DNA of 34,369 nucleotides from Candidatus Brocadiia bacterium (GTDB lineage Bacteria; Planctomycetota; Brocadiia; SM23-32): NCBI GenBank assembly GCA_046538485.1, contig JBKHIT010000056.1, positions 1 to 34,369 of the forward strand, read 5' to 3'. Shown piece by piece: positions 25,915 to 34,369 of this stretch (position 1 is its first letter; each line of letters starts with the position of its first letter). The notes under the pieces were generated by a model. It saw only the letters and a program-made list of their open reading frames with translations, ran no database searches and was not told where the DNA came from. The position numbers and the translations under genes were made by a program.

Positions 25915-26817
25915 TTGGAAACAATTAAAGCCGGCATGATCGGTCTGGACACTTCGCATTGTGAGGCATTCGTTCAAATTCTAAATGATGTTGACAACCC
26001 GCACCATGTCGATGGCGTCACAGTTGTTGCCGCGTATCCCGGCGGAAGTGATCTTTGCGCGGCCAGCCGCGACCGTGTTGACAAATTTACCCGAGCCCTT
26101 CATGAACACCACGACATTGATCTTTGTGATTCAATCGAAGAACTTGCCGAACGGTCCGACGCGTTTTTTCTGGAAAGCGTCGATGGGAGGCAGCATTTGG
26201 AACAATTCGAAATCCTGGCGTCGCATGCCAAACCCGTTTTCATTGACAAACCGTTAACATGTTCCCACAACGACGCCTGTCGGATTGCCGAACTCGCCGC
26301 TGAAAATAATACCCCTGTTATGTCTGCATCCGCCCTGCGTTTTGCAGCCGGGATTGCGAACAAGCCAATGCCAGAAAATGGAGTAGAAAACTGCCAGGCT
26401 TTTGGCGGGATGAGTATCAGCGACGATTATCCCACCTACTTCTGGTATGCTGTCCACACCGCCGACATTTTGTTTTCCTTCATGGGAAAAGGTTGCGTGT
26501 CAGTTAAAGCTCATCAAACCGACCAGGCCGACCTTCTGATAGGAACCTGGGACGACGGGCGGATCGGAACTGTTCTGGGCAAAAAAGAAGGACAAAAGGC
26601 ATATGGTTGCACTCTATTTCATGACGAAGGAGTTGAACAACGGGTCGCTGCGGGGGAACCGCCCTATTACGCGATGCTCATGAAACAGGTGGTACCTTTT
26701 TTCCAAACGGATGAGGCACCCATTGATCTTGACGAAACGGTGGAGATTATGGGCTTTTTGGAAGCCGCCGAAATAAGTCTCAAAAAAGGCGGCACGGACG
26801 TGAGCTTGCCCGGATAG
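25915..26817 (+). CDS. Gfo/Idh/MocA family oxidoreductase
   Basis: GMIGLDTSH..AF, ESVDGRQHLEQ, KPVFIDKPL, SASALRF, WYAVH; TTG start after GGAGA. Confidence 0.9.
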   Translation: METIKAGMIGLDTSHCEAFVQILNDVDNPHHVDGVTVVAAYPGGSDLCAASRDRVDKFTRALHEHHDIDLCDSIEELAERSDAFFLESVDGRQHLEQFEILASHAKPVFIDKPLTCSHNDACRIAELAAENNTPVMSASALRFAAGIANKPMPENGVENCQAFGGMSISDDYPTYFWYAVHTADILFSFMGKGCVSVKAHQTDQADLLIGTWDDGRIGTVLGKKEGQKAYGCTLFHDEGVEQRVAAGEPPYYAMLMKQVVPFFQTDEAPIDLDETVEIMGFLEAAEISLKKGGTDVSLPG

Positions 26818-27041
26818 CCATCCGCGTCATCGCCTCCGATTTTCGCGTTCGGTGCCCGCGAAGGGCAAAGTTGAGTACCTCGGGGAGTTACAGACCGACG
26901 TGTTATGTCAGGTGCCGCATGCCCAGCAAAACAAGCATACCCCGTCCACTGCCAGGTATGCCTGCCGCCGCTATTAACGGGCCAACGTTGCCTCCAATCG
27001 GCACTGACAAGCGGGCACGAGTATTTTTTTAAGAGTTACAA

Positions 27042-30000
27042 TCATTTCTCGGAGCCATAACAACGAATGTTATCAACCGCGCTGCAACCGTTGCGGCGGC
27101 CGCCGAAAACGACCGACGGGACGGTTCGAATATCCGGTCCGCGCGGCGCGACACGTCCCATCCAATCGCCAACGAGTTCCGCCTCCGCCACAGACTTCCC
27201 ATCAATTTTCAGGTTCACTTTCCCGTCGGACCAGCTCAGCTCCAGTTCGTGCCATCCGTCTTCCGGAGCCGCGAGAGGCTTCCGCTCAATCTTCTTCTTA
27301 TCTTTACCCCGCCTGACGCGGCCGCGGTAGATGCTGTCGATGGAATTGCGATTACTTACGAGAGCCATTTTGCCCTCCCCGACATAAGAGACTGAGACTG
27401 TTCCGAGGCTCACGATCTGTCCGCGCCGGTTGGATTTCAGCTTCGCATCAAAGCTCAAACGTCCCTGCTGGCCCTGCAGATTCAGATGCGCCCACATCTG
27501 CGCGGGTGTGGAAACGCCTTTGCCCTCCGAACCCTTCACGGATTGCAGCTTTCCTCCCCCTCGAGCCGCCGACAACAAACGGCTTGATCCCACCGCAAAA
27601 TCGGCCCGCTGGGAGCCTTCTGTGAAAGCCGCTTCAAAACGCAGATCCTTTTGGGTGGGCTTTTTGACCAAATGGAACGCTTTGAAATCCCGTTTCAAGA
27701 CAGCAATCGACGTCCCCCGATTGCTGAGCTTCAGAGCCCCGCCCGTTTCGGCATCCACGGCCATCAGGTCGCCCGGTTTGAGTCCAAGAGCACCATAATT
27801 GATTTCCAGCTCGACCTGTTTGTCCTCGCGGGATCTGTTCACAACCCACACGACGGCGCGCCCGGCTGACTTATGGACCGATGCAATGCATCCGTCCGTG
27901 GGCACTTTTACCGGATTATTCTCTTTCCAATATCCGACAAACTCAACATCTCCGCGGTAAAATCGCGCCTCCTGCGCCATGATATTGTACCAGCGAACCT
28001 GTTCCGGAACGATGTCGTGGGCCATAACCCATCCGACAAACTGATGGGTGTGTTTGGGTTCATGGACCGTCGAATGCCGCTGCGACTGGCACATCATCGT
28101 CATCGCGCCACCGGCACATTTAGCCGAGGCAATCGCGCGCATCCGTCCGGCCGGCAGCACTTTGAAATAATCGTATTCAAGATCGGAGGGTTCGACGTTC
28201 TCTCCTTCGAAGAAGATATCGCCAAACCACGCGAAATACGCCGCTCCCGACGAAATATGCTGCCACAGGTTGGGCCGGGCAACGCCGTTCTGATGGAACA
28301 TTACTTTCATGCGTTTGAAGTATTCGCGCAGCCCGATGTAATCGTATCCCCGCTGGCGTTTGCCATCGGGTCGGATGTACGCAGAGCCGGTCAGAAAATT
28401 ACTCGTGGGCCCGATATAGTTCTCATCCACATACAACCCTCGGAAACCGGCTTCCCTCACCCAGCGTTCGTAATGATACACCCGAAAATCGATCGGTCCA
28501 TTTCCCTGCGTGCAATTGCCGTTTGTCCGGATCCCCGGCGTATTCCCCCAATCAACCACGTACCGGGGGAACTTGTATCCGTCGTAGTCCCGGTACCGCG
28601 CAATCGCATGAGCAATTGAGCCGACCATCAATCGATGATCCGGCCGGTCTTGGAAACGATTGAATTGCTTTTTGCTCTTTTCCATGCTCCACGGATACGG
28701 CGAGCAGTAGTACGGCCACAGCACCGCCCAATCGCCTTCGAACCAGAAATACGTGTTCCGCGCGTCAGGAAGCGTGCTCTTGCGCTGGGAACAGATAATC
28801 GACCGCCAACCGTCCGGCAACGGCCGCGACGGGAACGTCTGATACGCGTATTCAATGCTCGTGGGCTCGGTCAGTTTCGTGGGAATTTCGATGAAATGCA
28901 CACGAAGCGTCACGGTGCCGTCTTTTCGGATGATTTCCTGAGTTGGATGCGATTTGTCGTCATCGGTGAACCACCCTCTGTCGTTATCGGCGACCCAAAC
29001 GAACGCCCGGTCGGAATTGGTGAGCCAGACATAGGGGACGAAATCACCCGTCAGCAGCCCGCTCGACGTCTGCTGGCTCGACCAGTATTCGGGGGTCACA
29101 TCATGGACAGCCGCCCAGCCTCCGGCGGTCGTGCAATAATGCGTCGCCTCCTCCTCCGGTAGCACGACTTCGAGATACAGCTTATCGACTTTGGTTGCGT
29201 CCCCTTCGGGAGCGATTTCCAGATTGCTCAGGGCGAATCCATCGAATTCGACTTTCGTGGTCGCCGAAAGTTTCAGTCCCGGCCCCGATCCCGTTCCAGA
29301 GACCGTCGCGTATGCCTCGACCTGATCCTTTAATTCGGGAGACGACGGCTCTATTGTCGTCTTTTTACCGTCGATCTCCGTGACGAGTCTCATTGACTGA
29401 ATTTGATCGACGCCCCCGTTATCAACCTTCTCGATTAACCCCAGTCCGTTGATCTTCATATCGCGATTCCAGACGCCAACCGTCCCGTTGTTGTACCCAA
29501 CAGGTTCCCACGGCGGAATAACTTTTTCACTCACGCCGATGTCGTTGTTCTGCCAGCGGAATTTTCGGCGGAGCAACTTCGCCTGGGTGGTCTCGCTCTT
29601 AATCTTCTTGCCGTCAGCATCTTCCACTGTCACTTCCACGTCCACCGTTCGCGGTTTGACGTCCGGTTTCGGAATGGATTGCGGTTTCTGTGAAGCGATT
29701 TTTTCCAACCGTGCCATTTCGTCTTCGGCGGCTTTTTTGCTTTTTTTCAGTTTCGCCAGTTTTTGTTTCGCTTCGTCTATTTTGGAATTATGCTGTTTGA
29801 TCCGGGCGATCTCCTCTTCGGTAACACCGGAGACATCGAAAACCGGAACATCAATGTCATCCTTCAGAAACACGACACCGTTAGAATACCAGTGAACGAA
29901 CTCCGGCATCTGCATGGTCTGCAAAGTCTTCCCCGTCTCAGCATCGGAGATCTTGACCGTGCTGCTGGCGACCTCCTCGCGCCGATCCAGATCGATGATA

Positions 30001-31139
30001 TCGGCCTTTACAAGAATCACATTGTTTTCCGGACCGTACATCGCGTTGACACTGAGAGGTTTCACAGTGGCCGCTCGCTCTGGTTTGACCGGTGTTCTGT
30101 GTTCAAACTGGTTCACTTCAAAAGGCAACGAGTGCCGGTATATTTCGGTCCCGCCGGAGGTTGTCGCGCTGATCGTGAGAACCCCTGTTTTGAGCTTGCC
30201 CACATCGCCATCGAAAGTAAATTCCTTGCGTTCTCCCGCCTCAACCGACACTTTTCGGGACAGGACTCTGTCATCTTTTGAAGGCGTTACATCCTTTTGA
30301 ACGCGCACTTTTACTGTAACGGTCTCCCCCTCTTTCCGTGGTGCCACTACTGCCATTGGAAAATCAAGTTTCCCCTTGAAAACCGGGACAATGCCGTACA
30401 CCTGGAGCAAGGCTGTATCCTCCATGAGTTTCACCGGCGGATAGCCCGCGATCTCGCCAAAACCTCCGGTCACACCCCACGACCCCTGCGCCCGTGGTTT
30501 TGTCCCGGGCGAAGTCCGGGCGAGCAAAAGTTTCCATACATCGCCGTTTTCGACCTCTTCAGTTCCAAAAGCATCGATGGGAATCGACGCCTCTATGAAA
30601 TAGCGATCCGGTCGGACCTCCACCCCGAGCTCCCAGTTACCTGTCCACCCCATTGCCGAGTACCCCCGGCTCGGGATGTTTTTCACATCGCGGACGGCCG
30701 GATAGGTATTAATAATATTCTGATATGTTTCTTCGACGGGTTTGGGCGGCGAAACCCAGATCTCCACGGAAGGATCCCCAAAAGAATACGCGTCGTTCTC
30801 GCGGGCCGTCTTGCGCAATCTCCATTCACGGACGCCGCGTGTGCAATTGGCCAGGAAATAAAATCGCTCATCGGTAAAGCCAAAACTCCATGTCGTCTCC
30901 GCCTGGAGCAATTTGTGGCTGAAAACCGTGATCGTGCCCGAGACCGTCAACGCCTCGTCCCATTCCCCATCTTCGACATTTCCGTCAATGGTCGGAGAGT
31001 TTTCAAACCGTCGGGCGTGGAACTTGCCCACAGGAATTTTCTCCTTCCCGTGTCCAGCCAAAACCGGCGACCCTGCAGCGCAAACCATGATCACAAAAAT
31101 CATCCAGATTACCGCATCACTCCCGGTGCCTCGCCTCAT
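27042..31139 (-). CDS. Very large secreted glycoside-hydrolase-like protein (CBM9-like N-terminus, DUF6067-like core)
   Basis: ~1365 aa from ATG 31139 (GGAGGAGGTGGAGC RBS), signal peptide ending VLA. PTIDGNVEDGEW...E.SIP...G is CBM9-like; VIPPWEP, VEFDG, FVPYVWL...DR...W.AD.D.GW, GLYVDE, REYFKR, FEGE and FVGYW are DUF6067-like; C-terminal DGWHELELSW...L.IDG is LamG-like. Confidence 0.72.
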   Translation of the reverse strand: MRRGTGSDAVIWMIFVIMVCAAGSPVLAGHGKEKIPVGKFHARRFENSPTIDGNVEDGEWDEALTVSGTITVFSHKLLQAETTWSFGFTDERFYFLANCTRGVREWRLRKTARENDAYSFGDPSVEIWVSPPKPVEETYQNIINTYPAVRDVKNIPSRGYSAMGWTGNWELGVEVRPDRYFIEASIPIDAFGTEEVENGDVWKLLLARTSPGTKPRAQGSWGVTGGFGEIAGYPPVKLMEDTALLQVYGIVPVFKGKLDFPMAVVAPRKEGETVTVKVRVQKDVTPSKDDRVLSRKVSVEAGERKEFTFDGDVGKLKTGVLTISATTSGGTEIYRHSLPFEVNQFEHRTPVKPERAATVKPLSVNAMYGPENNVILVKADIIDLDRREEVASSTVKISDAETGKTLQTMQMPEFVHWYSNGVVFLKDDIDVPVFDVSGVTEEEIARIKQHNSKIDEAKQKLAKLKKSKKAAEDEMARLEKIASQKPQSIPKPDVKPRTVDVEVTVEDADGKKIKSETTQAKLLRRKFRWQNNDIGVSEKVIPPWEPVGYNNGTVGVWNRDMKINGLGLIEKVDNGGVDQIQSMRLVTEIDGKKTTIEPSSPELKDQVEAYATVSGTGSGPGLKLSATTKVEFDGFALSNLEIAPEGDATKVDKLYLEVVLPEEEATHYCTTAGGWAAVHDVTPEYWSSQQTSSGLLTGDFVPYVWLTNSDRAFVWVADNDRGWFTDDDKSHPTQEIIRKDGTVTLRVHFIEIPTKLTEPTSIEYAYQTFPSRPLPDGWRSIICSQRKSTLPDARNTYFWFEGDWAVLWPYYCSPYPWSMEKSKKQFNRFQDRPDHRLMVGSIAHAIARYRDYDGYKFPRYVVDWGNTPGIRTNGNCTQGNGPIDFRVYHYERWVREAGFRGLYVDENYIGPTSNFLTGSAYIRPDGKRQRGYDYIGLREYFKRMKVMFHQNGVARPNLWQHISSGAAYFAWFGDIFFEGENVEPSDLEYDYFKVLPAGRMRAIASAKCAGGAMTMMCQSQRHSTVHEPKHTHQFVGWVMAHDIVPEQVRWYNIMAQEARFYRGDVEFVGYWKENNPVKVPTDGCIASVHKSAGRAVVWVVNRSREDKQVELEINYGALGLKPGDLMAVDAETGGALKLSNRGTSIAVLKRDFKAFHLVKKPTQKDLRFEAAFTEGSQRADFAVGSSRLLSAARGGGKLQSVKGSEGKGVSTPAQMWAHLNLQGQQGRLSFDAKLKSNRRGQIVSLGTVSVSYVGEGKMALVSNRNSIDSIYRGRVRRGKDKKKIERKPLAAPEDGWHELELSWSDGKVNLKIDGKSVAEAELVGDWMGRVAPRGPDIRTVPSVVFGGRRNGCSAVDNIRCYGSEK

Positions 31140-31679
31140 GCTCCACCTCCTCCGACGAACAGTTTTGCGTTCTTTTGACAACATCCCCTATTGTGGCCGC
31201 TGACCACGATTAATGCAATAGGACGCGTCGTCAGAGGAATTTCCGCTGCAGCTTCCTTAGCGGCAATGACTCTGTAAACCTGAACCCCGTTTCTCGACCA
31301 CGTATCCTGCAAACTCGAGTTCGGCTCAGCACGCCAACGGCGTGCGAAACTGGACTTGAAGCAGGCAATGGCTCACAGATGTCATAATACGCGGAGATCC
31401 AACCCAATCGGCCCGCGTTCTGAACTCCAGCCTCCGGCTGAAGTCCACTCCGCTCCATTAAAGGCAGGGTGCCGCTCGGATCCAGATTTGGCTTTTCACA
31501 GAGAACACTGCCGTCTGCCGCCCGACCGGTTCCAGGCGCACTGCGGGCCAATCTTGTAATCTTGTTGATACGCAAATGACCTTCCTGTAGTGTCTCAAGG
31601 TTGAGAAAACATCTCATAATTCCGTCCCGATAAGAGGGACAAAGATACAGTTCCCTTTCCGATCCTGAGGAGTCAGCCG

Positions 31680-33104
31680 ATGTGCGCAGTCGCCAATAAC
31701 CGCCCGAACATTGTCTGGTTAGATGCCGAGGATTTTTCCCCCGATCTCGGTTGTTACGGTCATCCGCTGGTCCACACCCCCAACCTCGACCGCCTCGCCG
31801 CCCAGGGTGCACGCTTTGACCGGGCCTTCATCACCTCCCCGGTCTGCTCGGCTGCCCGCTCGGCCATCATCACCGGCACCCACGCCACAAGTATCAACTG
31901 TCATAACCACCGCGACATGAGTCGTTTCCGCGACGGTGCCACGAGTTACCTGCCTGACGGAATTCGTCTCGTGACCGAATGCCTGCGGGAAGCCGGTTAC
32001 TTTACGTGCTGCGGCGACGCCATCGATACTGACCGACAGGGAAAAATGGACTACAATTTCACGGCAGAATTCGATGACGTTTTTGATGGCACCTCGTGGG
32101 CTGAACGGGACCCCGGACAACCGTTCTTCGCAGAAATGCATTTCAAAGAAGTTCATCGGGGTTTTCAGCACGATCCCGAACACCCTATCGATCCCGATGA
32201 TGTGGAATTGCCACCCTATTATCCCGACCACCCTGTCACCCGCAAAGACTGGGCCCTTTACCTCGAAACCGCCCAGATTCTGGACAAAAAAGTTGGCAGG
32301 GTTCTCCAGAGACTCGAAGATGAGGGGCTCGCAGACAACACGGTCGTTTTTTTCACCGGTGATCATGGACGGCCGATGCTGCGGGCAAAACAGTGGCTGT
32401 ATGATTCGGGGATTCAGATCCCCCTTCTGGTTCGATGGCCAGACCGTATCGAGCCCGGTAGCGTGCGCGGGGACCTCGTCAGTTCGATCGACATGCCCTT
32501 CACCTGGCTCGAAATTGCCGGCGCCGACATCCCCGAACACATGCAGGGTCGTTCGCTCCTGAATGATTCCGAGCCGCCTTATATCTACGCAGCACGTGAC
32601 CGGTGCGATGAAACCGATTTTCGGATCCGTTGCGTTCGCGACCGGCGTTACAAATATATCCGCAACTTCTACCCCGAACGTCCTTTCACGCAGTTCAACG
32701 CGTACAAAAAGAAGCAATACCCCGTCCTCACCCTCATGGAATTGATGCACGAGCGAGGGGAACTGGGCGGGCCACCCGAACAGTTGATGGCCCCTTACCG
32801 GCCGCCCGAAGAATTGTACGACCTCGCCACCGATCCCCACGAAATCAATAATCTCACAGACCAGCCCGATCAGCAAGACCGACTCAAGACCATGCGAAGA
32901 GAACTGGACGACTGGATCTGCCGGAGCGGCGACTGCGGGCGGGTTCCCGAACACCCGCGCGACACCCGATGGCTCGATGATTGGACCTGGCAGCGGTTCC
33001 AACGCGACATGGAAGAACGCGGTCTGAGGGCAGATATCTCGGACGAAGAGTATCTAAAATGGTGGGAGGGAGAACTCAATAAACTCAAGCCAGCCGGACA
33101 ATAA
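31680..33104 (+). CDS. Formylglycine-dependent sulfatase (S1 family)
   Basis: RPNIVWLDAED, TPNLDRLA, PVCSAARSAIITG (CxAxR), GKMDYN, FTGDHG, KQWLYDSG, YKYIRN, EELYDL..DP.E..NL; GAGGAG RBS. Confidence 0.95.
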   Translation: MCAVANNRPNIVWLDAEDFSPDLGCYGHPLVHTPNLDRLAAQGARFDRAFITSPVCSAARSAIITGTHATSINCHNHRDMSRFRDGATSYLPDGIRLVTECLREAGYFTCCGDAIDTDRQGKMDYNFTAEFDDVFDGTSWAERDPGQPFFAEMHFKEVHRGFQHDPEHPIDPDDVELPPYYPDHPVTRKDWALYLETAQILDKKVGRVLQRLEDEGLADNTVVFFTGDHGRPMLRAKQWLYDSGIQIPLLVRWPDRIEPGSVRGDLVSSIDMPFTWLEIAGADIPEHMQGRSLLNDSEPPYIYAARDRCDETDFRIRCVRDRRYKYIRNFYPERPFTQFNAYKKKQYPVLTLMELMHERGELGGPPEQLMAPYRPPEELYDLATDPHEINNLTDQPDQQDRLKTMRRELDDWICRSGDCGRVPEHPRDTRWLDDWTWQRFQRDMEERGLRADISDEEYLKWWEGELNKLKPAGQ

Positions 33105-33751
33105 ATGAGGCGGATCGTTTGCCGCGGGCGCGCACCAAGCATCTCGAAACGACCAAGGGGGAGCAGGAACCGTCACGGACCGAAATACATTTCCCGTCCG
33201 GGTGAGTAACGGTTGCACACTCGACCGGGGATGAGGCGTTGGACCGGGGAAGCTACTGAGTTCGGCTTTTCGCCGGGAGGAACCTCCGGGCGAACGTCCC
33301 TTCCATTGATATTATAATGCGTTTGAGCGCGATTTTAAGGGGTTTGAGGGGCGCATGGACAAGATGACACGCGAATAAACATCTGCTGCCAGATCAGCGG
33401 AGATCATTTTCCGGCGGCATCGCAGAGCATGGAGAATCGCTTAGCGGCCCCATTTCACCCCCAAAATACCCCATCTAAGCCATATATAGGGGCTCTTTTT
33501 GTCATAACTATTGTTTCGAAAGCAACTTCGGATTGTCCGACCCGGATGCCACCCCCCCGGAAGTTTTATCGTCGGATACTGGTTCCGTCCCGAGTCTGGA
33601 GACTTACATAGGAGAATATTAGCCAGCTCGCAACTGCCGTACCGCACCAATCAGCCTTCTCCGCGTAACGGAATCGTTGGTCGAATATACCTTCACGATC
33701 CTGCGCAAAGCCCTGCGCCATGGTTTCTGGCCCCGGAGCCAACAGCGGTTC

Positions 33752-34312
33752 TCAATCCTCCCTGGCATCCGTGACATTGTATTTATCGATTATATTACCC
33801 TCGCGGTCAAACTTCCACTTAGTTGATTTCTTATTGGACTTGTTCCGTTGCAGCGACTTCACCGTGCCGTCTTTGCGAAACTCTGCGGTGCCGATGAAAT
33901 CCCCCTCTGGCGTTCTTGTGCCAATGTATTTTATGGCCCCGTTTTCTGGATAGAACCCGGCCGATAAAACTACTTGACGTTCGCGCCCGCGCACTCTGAT
34001 AGTAGTGATTAGTTTTTTCCCTTCGCCCCTACGATCAATACTCACAAATCCGGATTCCCCTTCATACTCACCAATTTTTGGGTCGGGTATACGCACCATT
34101 GTTCGGTGATGGGGGGGCAACCAGACTGATAAGACGCCTGCTGAAGATGGCTCTTTTTTAATCATTGCCTTCTTTTCACTTCCCTCGATCGGGATACGTT
34201 GAGTCTCGCCTGCCCCACCAGCCCAGAGCTGGTATCCCGCCCCCAAGCCCAACAGTGCACCGCCAATAACGCCAATCAGTCCAACAACGATAGATGTTTT
34301 GTTTCGTGTCAT
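33752..34312 (-). CDS. Hypothetical membrane-anchored protein with C-terminal MORN/YwqK-like beta-hairpins
   Basis: 186 aa; N-terminal hydrophobic helix IVVGLIGVIGGALLGLGAGYQLW; C-terminal FYPENGAIKY, EFRKDGTVKS and KFDREGNII. Confidence 0.7.
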   Translation of the reverse strand: MTRNKTSIVVGLIGVIGGALLGLGAGYQLWAGGAGETQRIPIEGSEKKAMIKKEPSSAGVLSVWLPPHHRTMVRIPDPKIGEYEGESGFVSIDRRGEGKKLITTIRVRGRERQVVLSAGFYPENGAIKYIGTRTPEGDFIGTAEFRKDGTVKSLQRNKSNKKSTKWKFDREGNIIDKYNVTDARED

Positions 34313-34369
34313 TGTGTTATGCTTCAGACGGAATTGGACATTTGCTCTTCGGGAATTAGTATGTAGTTT

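Noticed and set aside
31231..31812. 193-aa minus-strand ORF in the divergent region
   Set aside because: Overlaps the sulfatase start antisense, has atypical composition, and runs through palindromic non-coding elements.
31719..33002. 427-aa minus-strand ORF
   Set aside because: Antisense shadow of the sulfatase.
33500..33560. Possible IS terminal inverted repeat
   Set aside because: No partner repeat, target duplication or transposase found in the window.
1..34369. tRNA, rRNA, integrase or defence-system genes
   Set aside because: No cloverleaf/T-loop signatures, rRNA motifs or recognisable recombinase or defence domains seen; the beta-CASP gene is the ordinary housekeeping type.

Overview
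Bacterial chromosomal window, most consistent with a PVC-group organism (probably Planctomycetota), judging from the DUF1559-type prepilin-like genes, the sulfatase and the large secreted glycoside-hydrolase-like proteins. (1) 1-6274: a GC-rich minus-strand two-gene unit. A secreted beta-propeller protein with no kinase domain is followed by a signal-peptide-bearing RHS/YD-repeat protein of at least 1265 aa that runs off the left edge and is missing from the ORF track. The unit's putative sigma70 promoter has a G9 homopolymer between -35 and -10, a candidate phase-variation switch. (2) 6.8-19 kb: carbohydrate and housekeeping genes (GH78, AEC transporter, DUF1559, SDR, methyltransferase, beta-CASP nuclease, epimerase, mntP, zwf). 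Among them are several 'collapsed' genes whose extreme N-terminus is fused in frame to the extreme C-terminus (class II photolyase, TIGR02757/DUF2400, amidohydrolase). (3) 19-33 kb: secreted polysaccharide-utilisation-like genes, a truncated prepilin-like gene, sugar catabolism enzymes and a sulfatase. (4) Right edge: a low-GC, membrane-anchored, immunity-like ORF. No rRNA, tRNA, CRISPR array or transposase was recognised. All family calls come from motif recognition by eye; no database search was run.
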